Of a stretch of DNA of 64,000 nt, positions 28,990-39,364 are shown in pieces (position 1 is the first letter of the stretch; each line of letters begins with the position of its first letter). Below the pieces are notes generated by a model. That model was not told the origin of the DNA, made no database searches, and saw only the letters and a program-made list of their open reading frames with translations. Source of the stretch: an uncultured Prevotellaceae bacterium (GTDB lineage Bacteria > Bacteroidota > Bacteroidia > Bacteroidales > Bacteroidaceae); NCBI GenBank assembly GCA_902775605.1, contig CACYNE010000008.1:466-64465 (forward strand), written 5' to 3'. Both the position numbers and the translations under genes were made by a program.

Positions 28990-31269
28990 TTATAAGCGGA
29001 TGAGGGTGGAACCGAGGTTGCCCACCTGTACGGCATAGACGCCAGCGGCGAATCCTGAGAGGCTGACGCTGCCATTGTCGCAGATAGTCTTAAGGACAGG
29101 ACGGCCACTGAGGTCATAAATGGTCACGGCGGCGGCTTCCAAGCCGTCAATGTAGAGGGTGCGGCCAGCGACGCGGAATTTGACACCAGCAGGCTGATGA
29201 TTACTGAGTTCGGGGATGCTGGTGCCAAGGCCCAGAATATCCAGCAGACCGGCGTATGCATCAATCTCGCCCCAACCGTAATAGACATTCTTGTCGGTAC
29301 CGCTGAACTCGGGTTCGGGCTGGTGGCTGGTGCGCTCGATGACGCCGAGGATGTCTTCGGGTGTGAGGTCGGGCTTGGCTTGCAGCCAGAGGGCGATGAT
29401 GCCGGCGGTGATGGGCGACGACATGGAGGTACCGCTCATGGCCCATACGGCGTAGTCGTTGCCGAAGACGTTTTTATAGTAGGGCATCAGAGGGATGGTC
29501 TCGTCGCGGGTGGCCTGCAGGTCGTGATTATTGCGGTAGAAGCTGTTGAGGGCGGAGATGATGTTGTGGCCGGGGGCTACGACGTCGGGCTTCACGCGGC
29601 CGTCGAGGGTGGGACCGCACGAGCTGAAGCTGACGAGCGTGCCCTCCTGGCTGCCTGCGGGGTAGGAAGAATTGGTCTCTCCCCAGATGTTGGTGAACTG
29701 CGAGCGGTGGTGCATGGCGCCGACGGTGATGATGCGCTCCATGCTGGCTGGGTAGCCGACGGTGCATTTCTGGCAGCCGCGCGAGTTTTCATCGTTTTCT
29801 TCCGAGAAGGCCACAGTCTCGCCTTGGATGGAGGCGCCCATCATCTGGATTTCCACGGGGTCTTCGATGAGAATCTTGCCGTTGGTCTGCATCCAGCCGT
29901 CTTCGTAGGTGATGGACTCCGCATAGTCGTTCAGGGGCATCAGCATGATTTTAATGGCTATCTTATCGTTAGCTAAGATATCCGCAGAGACGGTCATCTC
30001 CACTTCGGGTTTCTCGACCACGAGAGTATCCCCGGCCTGGGCGGCGGCAATGGCGTCGCGGGTGTCGAAGAAGAGCGTGTCGGGCGCGTCGCGGAGGGTG
30101 ACGCCTACGCGGAAGTCAGAGGCAGACATGTCGGCGCGCAAGTTCATGTAGAATCTATCGGTATAGCCATAGTAATAGACATCCTGCTCCAGTGGCGTGT
30201 AGGCATCTTTTTCCACATAGGTCTTCTCGCCGCCTTCGTTGCCGGCCGAGGCCACGACGATGCGGCCCGGACCCACAAGGCGGTTGAACACCTGTTCGTA
30301 GAGCGTGCCGTCATAATAGAAGTCGGGAGGGGCGCCAAAGCTCCAGTTCACTACGCAGGGCTGTCCGGCGGCGTCGGCCTGCTGGAAAATCTTGCAGAGT
30401 TCCACAAGAAGGATGGTGTCATACATATCTATTTGAAGAATGGCATCCTTGACGTTCTGAAAGCCCATGATATGGCTTATCAAGAACTCGCGCAGGGCAT
30501 CCATCCACTCGTCATCCACCTGCCCTAAAGGGATATAGGCACCCATGATGTCGGCCTCGGGAGCCATGCCCACGTAGCGGCCGTCCAGTCCGTTGCCGGC
30601 CATCGAGCCCAGCACATGGGTGCCGTGGTTTTGCACGTCGGCATCTATGCTGTGGCGGGCGGCCAGCACCTCGGCGGGCGTGGCGTATATCATGCCGAAG
30701 GTGTCGTTGTTGGCGTGGGGGGCCGTCGGGTCCCAGAACCATTTGATGCGCGAGGTGCCGTCGTCGTTGCGGAAGGCAGGATGGGTAAAGTCGAAGCCCA
30801 CGTCCATCACGGCGGCGATGACGCCCTTGCCGGTGAAGGCCTGGGGCAACTGCGACTGACCATTCCACACCTTGTCGGCACCGATGATGACGGCGCTGGT
30901 GTCGTTATGCAGCGTCGCGGGCTTGTTGGCCTCCAAACGCAGGATGGTGCTGCTCTGTTCCATGACACCGAGGCTGTCCATGGGCAGGAAGGCGGCACAG
31001 ATGCCCTCGCCGAAGTCCTGAACCACCACGCCGCCCTTCTCACGAAGGCTCTGCGCTTGGTCGGTGCTCTCCACCAGCGTCAGCATATACTTCATCACGG
31101 GGCGGCCCTGTGTGCGCAGCCTGCCGCCACTCTGCTTCACCGCCTCTTGCTGCTGCCGATACTGACCACGCAGCCAGGGCGACATCTTCGATGGTTTCGG
31201 GAGGCCTTGCGCCTCGATGGCCATTGCGCAGCAGAGGACGGCTGCGAGCGTCATAAAAAACTTCTTCAT
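28990..31269 (-). CDS. S8 subtilisin-like serine protease with T9SS tail
   Basis: Triad motifs VMDVGFD, HGTHV, GTSMSSP; SAGNEG; tail IYDLSGR..AGVYAVQV. Confidence 0.92.
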   Translation of the reverse strand: MKKFFMTLAAVLCCAMAIEAQGLPKPSKMSPWLRGQYRQQQEAVKQSGGRLRTQGRPVMKYMLTLVESTDQAQSLREKGGVVVQDFGEGICAAFLPMDSLGVMEQSSTILRLEANKPATLHNDTSAVIIGADKVWNGQSQLPQAFTGKGVIAAVMDVGFDFTHPAFRNDDGTSRIKWFWDPTAPHANNDTFGMIYATPAEVLAARHSIDADVQNHGTHVLGSMAGNGLDGRYVGMAPEADIMGAYIPLGQVDDEWMDALREFLISHIMGFQNVKDAILQIDMYDTILLVELCKIFQQADAAGQPCVVNWSFGAPPDFYYDGTLYEQVFNRLVGPGRIVVASAGNEGGEKTYVEKDAYTPLEQDVYYYGYTDRFYMNLRADMSASDFRVGVTLRDAPDTLFFDTRDAIAAAQAGDTLVVEKPEVEMTVSADILANDKIAIKIMLMPLNDYAESITYEDGWMQTNGKILIEDPVEIQMMGASIQGETVAFSEENDENSRGCQKCTVGYPASMERIITVGAMHHRSQFTNIWGETNSSYPAGSQEGTLVSFSSCGPTLDGRVKPDVVAPGHNIISALNSFYRNNHDLQATRDETIPLMPYYKNVFGNDYAVWAMSGTSMSSPITAGIIALWLQAKPDLTPEDILGVIERTSHQPEPEFSGTDKNVYYGWGEIDAYAGLLDILGLGTSIPELSNHQPAGVKFRVAGRTLYIDGLEAAAVTIYDLSGRPVLKTICDNGSVSLSGFAAGVYAVQVGNLGSTLIRL

Positions 31270-31328
31270 AATAACCTTTTTTAAATTATTAAATTATTCA
31301 AGGTTTTAATTCTTCAATTTTATATTAG

Positions 31329-33335
31329 TTACCAAATCTTCACGCGGTCTTCGGGAGCGAGGTAGAGCTTGTCCGTGGGCTGCACGTCGAAGAGGCGATA
31401 CCAGTCGTCCTGCAGACGCACCTGCCCATTGATGCGGATGTGAGGGAGTGCGTGGGTGTCTTTCTCGTGATAATGCTTCAGTTCGTCGATCGACAGTTCC
31501 CTTTCCATTTTCCAGAAGGCTGCGAAGGAGATGAAAAACTTCTTGATCTGCTCGTCGAACTGCGCGCCGGTGAAGCCCTGCTCTTTGAGGCGCTGCTTGT
31601 AGCACTCCAAAGCCAGCTCTATGCCGCCGTAGTCGGCCATGTTCTCGTCCAGCGTCTGCATGCCGTTAGCGTTCACTCCGGGATAGTCCTCCAATTGGCT
31701 GAAAAGGTCTATCATGGCCTGCTGCTTCTGCTGGAAGGCCTCCCTGTCGGCAGGCTCCCACCAGTCGCGCTTTATGCCGTCGGCATCATACAATGAGCCA
31801 TTGGCATCGAAGCCGTGGAAGAACTCATGGGCGAAGACGTAGGAGGTAGTATAGTAAGTGGACTCGCTCAAGCTGCTGTCAAAGCGGGGACGGGTAATCC
31901 AGGCTGGCAGGATGACGAGGCAGTTAGCAGTACGCTGGTAGAAGGCGTTGTCGGTGGTGAATTGTGCGATGATGGCCCATACGTCCCAAGGATTATCGTC
32001 GAGGTTCTTACTTGTCAGGGCGAGGTTCTTCTTCAGCGCGTCCTGACGCAACTGGGTGGCAGTCTCCAGCAGGCAGTCGCCGCTGACGGCGGGCGTCATG
32101 GCGTCGTTCCAAGTGTCGGGATAGCCAATATAGAACTTCATGGCCTCAGCCTTCTTGCGGGCCTCGGCTTTGGTGGCGTCGCTCATCCAGTCGAGGCTGT
32201 CGATGCGCTGGATGAAAATCTGGCGCATGCGCTCCAGAATGTCCTGGCACTCCTGCCTGTAGATATTATCGCGGCCGTAGTTTTCCACCGTCACGCGGTA
32301 TTTGTAGTATCGGTTGTATTGCAGCGCTCTCTGCAACATGGCCGTGCGGTCGGCCTGCGCATTGGCGGAGGGTACGAAGGGAGCATCCTGTGCCACCACG
32401 TTGTAAATCATGTAATCGCGGTAGGCATTGATATTCTCCTGATCATCAACGGTGGCAAAATGGCGGATTAACTGTATGATTTCGTTACTGGAGTAGATGA
32501 AGCGACCGGAGGTGAAATCGTCGTAAGTAAGTCCCATCATCTCGATAATAGCACCAAACTTCTGATTGACCTCGTCGTCTTCGGAGGAACGGCGTGGAGC
32601 CTGCAACCGGTGCTTCACCATCTCCAGGCCATACCTGTAGCTTTGCTGCTCGGCGGTCTCCACCGCAATGGCGTTTTTGATAATCTCTGCTACGCGTTCG
32701 GGCGTGTAGCCAAGGCTGGTGAGTGGCTGGCAATAGGCGCGGACAAGGCTGTCTATCTTTTCCGGCTTCTGGCGCATAAACACTTCCTTCAGCATCTCAT
32801 CGGGCATGCCGCCGGTGGTGATGGCAAGGACCGTCTTCTTGCCCTCGTTCACGAAAGGAATCAGGCGGAACAGCGGGCTGTAGCCCAACTCGTAGAGGGT
32901 GCCGAAGACGGCATGCAACTGGTCGGCGGTCTCAATCTGTTCCAGCATCTGCAGGCGCTCCTTCAGCAGAGCCACGTCGCGGCTGTCGTCGACCAGCGTC
33001 GCGTCGGCCTGACTGCGCAGCATGACCAGCAGCGGGTCCTGGCTGGTGGCTAATGCATCGTCGGATAACTGATCCAACTGGTCCTCAACCTGCTTCATCA
33101 TAGAGGGCGCAGGGTTAGGGCTATTGAGCCACAGTCCGTTGATGTAGCGGTAGAAGTCGTCGCTCGGGCGCACCGTCTCGTCAATGTCGGTGCCGTAGGG
33201 GAACGGCTTGTCGTCGGTCACCACCACGGGCACGGGATTGTCGTTGTCGTCGGTACACGATGTCAGCACCGTCATGGTCATGAGCAGCGTGACGGCTACC
33301 CATAACAGTCTTTGATAGTAATGATTGTAATTCAT
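31329..33335 (-). CDS. Second M13 zinc endopeptidase lipoprotein
   Basis: Lipobox LTSC; RPSDDFY, NAFY, HEFFHGFD, ENMADYGG. Confidence 0.92.
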   Translation of the reverse strand: MNYNHYYQRLLWVAVTLLMTMTVLTSCTDDNDNPVPVVVTDDKPFPYGTDIDETVRPSDDFYRYINGLWLNSPNPAPSMMKQVEDQLDQLSDDALATSQDPLLVMLRSQADATLVDDSRDVALLKERLQMLEQIETADQLHAVFGTLYELGYSPLFRLIPFVNEGKKTVLAITTGGMPDEMLKEVFMRQKPEKIDSLVRAYCQPLTSLGYTPERVAEIIKNAIAVETAEQQSYRYGLEMVKHRLQAPRRSSEDDEVNQKFGAIIEMMGLTYDDFTSGRFIYSSNEIIQLIRHFATVDDQENINAYRDYMIYNVVAQDAPFVPSANAQADRTAMLQRALQYNRYYKYRVTVENYGRDNIYRQECQDILERMRQIFIQRIDSLDWMSDATKAEARKKAEAMKFYIGYPDTWNDAMTPAVSGDCLLETATQLRQDALKKNLALTSKNLDDNPWDVWAIIAQFTTDNAFYQRTANCLVILPAWITRPRFDSSLSESTYYTTSYVFAHEFFHGFDANGSLYDADGIKRDWWEPADREAFQQKQQAMIDLFSQLEDYPGVNANGMQTLDENMADYGGIELALECYKQRLKEQGFTGAQFDEQIKKFFISFAAFWKMERELSIDELKHYHEKDTHALPHIRINGQVRLQDDWYRLFDVQPTDKLYLAPEDRVKIW

Positions 33336-33347
33336 GTTTTTGAATGA

Positions 33348-35207
33348 TTAATAATGATAGTACTCGTTGATGATGTTGCTCAGGCTGTTGAGGTTGTATA
33401 GATTCCTGTAGCTGTAGACGAGAAACTCCCTACCCTGGTAAACGGCGGTTTGCTGATTGTCGTAGCCAATGATTACATTCGGGGTGATGCCGCTGTCGAT
33501 AGACTGCCAGTGTTCGTCGTTTAGGTGGCCGCGTGCTGAGGATATTCTGTAGAAGAAACCGTCGGCAGTGCGATAGCTGCCTATACCACAGCTGCCGCCG
33601 CCGCTCTTCTGTCCGGCAACGAGCACTCCGGCCTCCTTGCAGAGTGCAGGCATGAGGTTGCCGCAGGAGAAGGACAAGGGGCTGGTGAGGATACAGAAGT
33701 TCAGGTCGTAGTGCACGTCGTTGTCCTTCTCGTCGAACTTGCCGTCGAAATTGCGGTCCACGTCGTAGTACCAGGTGATGCGCTGGTCGGTAATCACGTT
33801 GAGGGCCCTGTAAAAGCTCTGTCCATAGATGAGCGAGGTCATGGCGACTACCACATCCGAAGAGCCGCCGAGGTTGACAGTTAGGTCGATGACCAGGTTC
33901 TTTACATCGGGGTCATTGTCGGCCTTTTCGAGGGCATCGAGGAAGATGACCATAGGATCGTTGGGACTGGTCTCCATCGTCGGGCGTGGCGCGGTGCCGT
34001 TGTAGAAAGCATTCCAGGCTTCTTTGTCGGTGTCGCCGAAGCTGTCGAAATGGCAGATGGCCGTATTGCCCTGCTTATGGTAGGTGTTCTGGTCGCCGAA
34101 TATATTCGCGCGCTGCGGGATGGCGAGCGAATTTATCTGAGTATTCTCCATGACAGTAGGGAACATGACTTTTTCCTGATAGAACTCGTACATGTCGGGA
34201 TACTTCTGCTCGAAGGTTTGATTCACCACGGGGAGCTTTCCCAGATTCCACATCACGGTATGTCCGCGGTCCCAGAGAAAGGCGTTGAGCATGTCCATGC
34301 CTCCAGCGTAGTCCTGCATGTCGGCGGAAAGCAACATCTCTTTCACTTTCTGTCCCATGGCGTCGGCCTCAAGGGTTTTGTCCAGTCCTACGCGCAGGAT
34401 GGAGGCCTCGAAGTCGGAGCCCGTGGGAAAGCCGTACAAATGGTCGACGACAAAGCAGAGCTCTGCATAGCTGAAGGCAATCATGTCGGCATTGCGCTGG
34501 CCGCTCTTCATCAGATTTTCGGCCGAGAAGTCCTCATCCAGGCCCTCGATACCGGTTTGACTGTAACTATCCCTACTTGAAAAGACAACCTTCTCTCCGT
34601 TGCAGGCCACATTATGGCCGAAGAGGTCGGAGTAGAGGTCGGCGAGCGTGGTGAAGGGGAAATAGACGCCTGCGTCATCGCCGCGCAGGTTGATACCGTA
34701 GGAGGCGTAGTCGAAGGTTACTGCCGGCGAGCCGCCGCTAAGCGTCTGGTGACTGAAGCGGATATAGGGGTAGCCGTCGTAGTAGCCGTTTTCCATGCCT
34801 GGCTGCACCAGTCCCATCAGGTTGGTAAAAGCCATATAGTCATCAAAGGCGCAGGTCTCGTTGACGGTGCTGACCGTGGCCGTGGCGCCTGCGTTGTTCA
34901 GCAGATAGAGCCCCGTGCCGGTCTTGGTCACGGCCACGGTGCTGCCTGGCAGTACCACGCTCTGGAAGTCGCTCACCGAGATATAGGGCACATGGGGCAT
35001 GTCCTCGTAGAAACGTATGGTCACGGTGCCGGCAGACTGGCCGTCGCGGTTCACGGGCACTTGCTTCGTGGTGTAGCCCGTCTGGTCGTCGGGGTTCGTT
35101 TCCTGTTGCGTCGTTGCGTTGTCGTCGTTGTCGGTACACGATGTCAGCACCGCTGTTGTCATCATCAGCAGCATTAAGGCCGCTGCAGCTATGAGAATCT
35201 TTTTCAT
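33348..35207 (-). CDS. S41-family peptidase lipoprotein
   Basis: Lipobox LTSC; VIDLTVNLGG, SFSCGN, GQKSGGG, GITPNV. Confidence 0.8.
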   Translation of the reverse strand: MKKILIAAAALMLLMMTTAVLTSCTDNDDNATTQQETNPDDQTGYTTKQVPVNRDGQSAGTVTIRFYEDMPHVPYISVSDFQSVVLPGSTVAVTKTGTGLYLLNNAGATATVSTVNETCAFDDYMAFTNLMGLVQPGMENGYYDGYPYIRFSHQTLSGGSPAVTFDYASYGINLRGDDAGVYFPFTTLADLYSDLFGHNVACNGEKVVFSSRDSYSQTGIEGLDEDFSAENLMKSGQRNADMIAFSYAELCFVVDHLYGFPTGSDFEASILRVGLDKTLEADAMGQKVKEMLLSADMQDYAGGMDMLNAFLWDRGHTVMWNLGKLPVVNQTFEQKYPDMYEFYQEKVMFPTVMENTQINSLAIPQRANIFGDQNTYHKQGNTAICHFDSFGDTDKEAWNAFYNGTAPRPTMETSPNDPMVIFLDALEKADNDPDVKNLVIDLTVNLGGSSDVVVAMTSLIYGQSFYRALNVITDQRITWYYDVDRNFDGKFDEKDNDVHYDLNFCILTSPLSFSCGNLMPALCKEAGVLVAGQKSGGGSCGIGSYRTADGFFYRISSARGHLNDEHWQSIDSGITPNVIIGYDNQQTAVYQGREFLVYSYRNLYNLNSLSNIINEYYHY

Positions 35208-35264
35208 TGTAGAGTTAAAGTTTCATTAGTTCTTTTTCTATATTTGATTATATAGTCCACATTA

Positions 35265-36389
35265 TTATATCTGTTTTTTTATTGTTACTGCAATATTTGT
35301 GTGGTGAGCCGCTGTTGCCATTATTATTTTCTTCCCGTTCCTGATGTATATTCCCATTCCCTGCGGACGGCTGTTCAGACGGTGGCCCTGCATGTCATAG
35401 TAGATATCCGTGGGAGTGTTGTGCTGCATGGTCCTGATGGCACTTGTTTCATTCTCAATGATGTTTGGAAAGAGCGTCCAAACGCGATGTTGGCGATAGG
35501 CGCCAATCGTTCCTTGAGGGACGATAATGACGGTGTGATAGTCAGCAAAGACGCCGTTGCCAACGGTGGGCGGCACGCCACTTCTCAGCACCAAGGTGTC
35601 GATGGGTGTGCCTTCGTGAAAGACGCTGTCATCAATGCATTCAAGGGTTGAGGGTAGCGTCAGTTTGTGAAGACTTGGGCAGGAGATAAAAGCCGACTCG
35701 CCAATTTTCGTGATACCTTCGGCGATGATGACATAAGAAAGGGAAGAACATCCCCAGAACACCTCGGGTGGCACCTCCTTCATCGTTCCCGGCAAGCTCA
35801 CGCTCGTCAAATTCACGCAGTCACCGAAGGCCACTACTCCCAACGAAGTGAAGCCCTCTGGCAGGACAAGATCAATCGACAGCCTACCGTCGTATTGAAA
35901 GGCAAAGTCATCTATCACCTTCAAACTGGAAGGGAAATTGATGGAACACAGATTGACACATTCGCGAAAAGCGCAATAGCCTATTGTGTCGATGCCCTGA
36001 CCAAGAAAGACAGATTCGAGACTGCTGCACTGGTTGAAGGCCCACTTGCCAATGGTGTTGATGGTGTTGGGTAGCTTCACAGAGGTCACCTTGTCGCATC
36101 GATAAAGTGCCTTGTCATCAACACGGGTAACGGCATGAGATCTGCCATCGAAAGGCACTGAATCGGGCACCACCACCTCACCCTGTGGTTTTGTGTAGCC
36201 AGTCCACGATTCATTGTTGTCCCTATCGAAGTGTGGCCAAATCGGCGATACCAGCATAGCGTCACCCTCTGAGTCGATGGTGTAGTACAGCGTCACATCC
36301 TGATGGGTGTAGCAGAATACAGAGTCCTGAGCCTTCGTGCCCTGCATTACCATCGCAAGGATGACAGAAAAGATAACCTTCAGTTTCAT
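35265..36389 (-). CDS. BspA-like LRR_5 protein with T9SS-like tail (copy 1)
   Basis: Repeats such as LPNTINTIGKWAFNQCSSL; YYDMQG..GIYIRNGKK. Confidence 0.88.
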   Translation of the reverse strand: MKLKVIFSVILAMVMQGTKAQDSVFCYTHQDVTLYYTIDSEGDAMLVSPIWPHFDRDNNESWTGYTKPQGEVVVPDSVPFDGRSHAVTRVDDKALYRCDKVTSVKLPNTINTIGKWAFNQCSSLESVFLGQGIDTIGYCAFRECVNLCSINFPSSLKVIDDFAFQYDGRLSIDLVLPEGFTSLGVVAFGDCVNLTSVSLPGTMKEVPPEVFWGCSSLSYVIIAEGITKIGESAFISCPSLHKLTLPSTLECIDDSVFHEGTPIDTLVLRSGVPPTVGNGVFADYHTVIIVPQGTIGAYRQHRVWTLFPNIIENETSAIRTMQHNTPTDIYYDMQGHRLNSRPQGMGIYIRNGKKIIMATAAHHTNIAVTIKKQI

Positions 36390-36476
36390 TCAAAAATTCT
36401 TTTTGGGTAAGTTCCCTTAATTTTAAATTTATATGAATCTTGTCTTATCGATAGATTTTTATTATTTATTCGATTG

Positions 36477-36569
36477 CAAATTTACGTTGCTTCTGAAAAA
36501 CAGATGTGTCATGGCTGGAAAAATATGTCCCAAAACTGGGAAAAATCATTTTTTCAATGTTTTGAGACA
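36477..36569 (-). promoter_or_regulatory. Promoter with the same tandem operator repeats plus an inverted copy
   Basis: TAAATTTG box (36477-36484); repeats at 36505 and 36526; TGAGACA at 36563. Confidence 0.8.
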
Positions 36570-36603
36570 AAAAAACAAGCCCGGCATTTTGGTGCCAGGC
36601 TTG
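36569..36603 (-). terminator. Intrinsic terminator after the 896-aa lipoprotein
   Basis: CAAGCC.GGCA-TTTTGG-TGCC.GGCTTG stem with adjoining A-run (U-tract on the minus strand). Confidence 0.7.
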
Positions 36604-36635
36604 ATTATTTACCGATGAAATGGGCGATTTTTACT

Positions 36636-39326
36636 CTATTCCTCCACGATGTTCTTGAAACCCTTCCAATAGTTTGCCGTAGCATAGGTGTCCTTATAGC
36701 CAGTGGGGACGTACAGCGTAGCACTTTGGTATGCGGGATTGAGACCATAAGAAGCCACAGAAGGCGGTGTCGTGGCCTTGATGTGTATCTCAGTAATTGC
36801 TTTACACTCGTAGAAGGCGCAATACTGTATTGCGGTCACTGTGCTGGGCAGAAAGACCTTCGTCAAATTATTGTCGGCATGGAACGACCATGTACCGATG
36901 GTCTGTACACCCTCTGGAATGATGATTTCGGTGATGTTCAGCTCTGCCAAGGCTCCGTTCTCGATGGTGCGGACGGTGTTGGGAATGGTGACGGCAGTGA
37001 TTCCCTTACGGCGAACGGCACTGTTATTACCAAGTGATGTTACCTTAAGATGGATGCCTTCGCCAATTTGCTCTGGAATCACCAACTCTCCCGTGAAATT
37101 CCAAGGAACGGAATTAAGTTCCACCTCCTCGTTCCTCTTCGTCACCTTGAAGGTCAGTTCGTAGCCGTTCACCTCTTCGGTCAGCGTCTCTCCCACACTA
37201 TAAAGGTTATCCAGATCCAGTGTAATTTTATCAACCAGGCTGCTGCTCCCGTCGCGTTTCAGCCCGAACACCAATTGTCCGCGGAATCCTTTCTGATAGA
37301 GTTGCACCTTCATACCGGTAATACTGTTCTTGAAGGTCTGGAACACGGCGCGGGCGTTGTCCGACCCGTCGGCAGTGGCTTCGGTGGACATGAACAGGCC
37401 GGCCCAGCAGAAATTGGCAGAGTTATAGCCATAGGTCTTCTCAATATATTCATCAAGGTAGTGTGTCAGCTGGATGTCACCGGTGACGGAGCCATAGTCG
37501 TAGATAACGTTGTTCCACTTGACTTTATAGCGGTTGGGGGCGGTAAGGTCGAAGCTGATGTCGTGCAGGTTGTCCTGAGTGGGGCGATTGCCGTCATAGC
37601 TCGAACCGGTCCAGGCGATTTTATAAATCTCTGCCACCACGTTGAGGTTTGCCCGCAGCGTGTAGCTGCCCGACGGGTCCTGCACCTTCCAGAGTGTCTG
37701 CTCGTCGGTAACGCAGGTGCTTCTAAGCAGCGGTTTGAGTTTGCTCACATGGGCATCGTTACCGCTCGTAGGCGTATAGCCGGTGTGCTTCCACGTCACG
37801 GTGGCGTTGGCATCGTTTCCCTGTGTGAAGACAGTGGTCAGATCCTTGGTGCTCCAGTTGGTTGTGGTGTTCCATGTCGTGCTCGTGGCATCAGAGTATG
37901 TTTTCGTGTGCGAATAGCTTCCGCTTACCGAAAATGTAGGATTAAGCCCCGACATTCCTACAGACCCTCCGATGGAGTAGCCATCGCTTCCCCCCTCTGT
38001 GTGAGTCGTTCCGCCTCCGCTCGACGAACTGCCGCTGCTGCTGCCGTTCTCGTTGAGGGGAGCCGCAGAGACGACGGACTTCGTGCCGCTGCCTTCGAGC
38101 CACATCTTCGTGTCAATGCGTTTCATATAGGCACCACGGGCAAGGGTCCATCTGCCATCGTTGCTTCTGGGCCACCAACCATCACCAGGGTCGATAAATA
38201 ACTTGTCGTTCATCACCGTAATGTTCTGTCGCACCTGATAGTACTCCACGTTGCCGCTGAAGTCGTAGGCTCCATAGACAGAATATTGCACCTTGATAGC
38301 AGAATAGGCGGACGCAACCGAAGTGTCAAACAAGGAAGGATACTTATAGTCGAACACGAATTCCTTGGTCTGTGCGTTCATCAGGTCGCTGATGGCGGTG
38401 CTGCCTCCGGCGCGGGTCACGGCACGGCTGAAGTCGGCCATTCCAGCGCGTGTCTCGGCATCGTCCTTACGCTGACGGTTCAGCCAGTCGGCCACGACAT
38501 CAGCCTTCTGACCCCACTCATAATCGTTGTCGGGCTGGTCGGCCTCTTCGCCATTCATATATTTGCTGGCCTCGGCATTGAGCACATAGATTTCATTACC
38601 GCCGCAGAAGGCATAGGCGTCGAACATGATGGCATTCTGCTTCTCCTCGGGCCACTGATCGATGTTCTCCCAGTCCAGTTCCTGACCGTTCACCTCGGTG
38701 CCGCGAGTCATGGCACCATCAGCCTGACAGCCGGCTATATAGGCATTGCGCACCATGTTGGTCATGCGCTGCTTTACACGGGCTTTGATTTCTGCCTGCA
38801 CGCCCGGGTCTATATCGCCCTGATAGTTGTCAAGCTCGATGGCTATAGCAGTAAATACATAGAGAACAGCAAAGTGGTAGAACTCCTTGAAAGTGCACTG
38901 GGTAATCACATACGAGGCATCGCCCGACTGGCAGCGGCGCACCATTTCCTTCCATTCGTCAAGGCTCAGGCTGCTCTGGTTGAGCGCAGCCATGTCGAAA
39001 ACAAAGCAGTCGGCATTCGTGGGCGATGCCATGTTGCCCTGCAGGCGACGTTGAAGGGCGAGGTCAAAACCATGCTCCATTTCGCCATACACCATGAAGT
39101 TCCCGTCATACTTCACCGTGAGGGCATCCTCGGTCAGTTCTACAGGCTGTTCGCTTACTTCTGTCGGTGAATACTCTGTGTCGTCATCTTTGTCGGCACA
39201 GGCCGTCAGCACCACCGTTATCACTAGCAGCGTTATGGCCTCTGCAGCCATCATCATCTTTCTCATTTTTTCTTTCATTTTCTCAGCGAGCTTTTGCTGC
39301 CTCAGCTTAATCTGTTCGTTAGTCAT
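36636..39326 (-). CDS. Lipoprotein with leukocidin/hemolysin-like central domain and C-terminal BspA-like LRRs
   Basis: Lipobox LTAC followed by ADKDDD; APLNENGSS..YSIGGSVGMSG..SVSGSYSHTKTYS Ser/Thr/Gly hairpin; LRR_5 repeats; N-terminus MTNEQIK..KLAEK resembles the precursor leader. Confidence 0.7.
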   Translation of the reverse strand: MTNEQIKLRQQKLAEKMKEKMRKMMMAAEAITLLVITVVLTACADKDDDTEYSPTEVSEQPVELTEDALTVKYDGNFMVYGEMEHGFDLALQRRLQGNMASPTNADCFVFDMAALNQSSLSLDEWKEMVRRCQSGDASYVITQCTFKEFYHFAVLYVFTAIAIELDNYQGDIDPGVQAEIKARVKQRMTNMVRNAYIAGCQADGAMTRGTEVNGQELDWENIDQWPEEKQNAIMFDAYAFCGGNEIYVLNAEASKYMNGEEADQPDNDYEWGQKADVVADWLNRQRKDDAETRAGMADFSRAVTRAGGSTAISDLMNAQTKEFVFDYKYPSLFDTSVASAYSAIKVQYSVYGAYDFSGNVEYYQVRQNITVMNDKLFIDPGDGWWPRSNDGRWTLARGAYMKRIDTKMWLEGSGTKSVVSAAPLNENGSSSGSSSSGGGTTHTEGGSDGYSIGGSVGMSGLNPTFSVSGSYSHTKTYSDATSTTWNTTTNWSTKDLTTVFTQGNDANATVTWKHTGYTPTSGNDAHVSKLKPLLRSTCVTDEQTLWKVQDPSGSYTLRANLNVVAEIYKIAWTGSSYDGNRPTQDNLHDISFDLTAPNRYKVKWNNVIYDYGSVTGDIQLTHYLDEYIEKTYGYNSANFCWAGLFMSTEATADGSDNARAVFQTFKNSITGMKVQLYQKGFRGQLVFGLKRDGSSSLVDKITLDLDNLYSVGETLTEEVNGYELTFKVTKRNEEVELNSVPWNFTGELVIPEQIGEGIHLKVTSLGNNSAVRRKGITAVTIPNTVRTIENGALAELNITEIIIPEGVQTIGTWSFHADNNLTKVFLPSTVTAIQYCAFYECKAITEIHIKATTPPSVASYGLNPAYQSATLYVPTGYKDTYATANYWKGFKNIVEE

Positions 39327-39364
39327 AATCTTGAAGTTGTTTAATTATAATGGTTGTTTATTTA

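Noticed and set aside
35265-35325. Possible third leader relic in the extended tail of LRR copy 1 (TGTTGCCATTATT shared with the P9 start)
   Set aside because: Only 13 AT-rich nucleotides; could be chance
26464-39170. Long plus-strand ORFs such as 26464-27381, 37050-38201 and 38286-39170
   Set aside because: Antisense shadows of GC-rich minus-strand genes with no recognisable motifs
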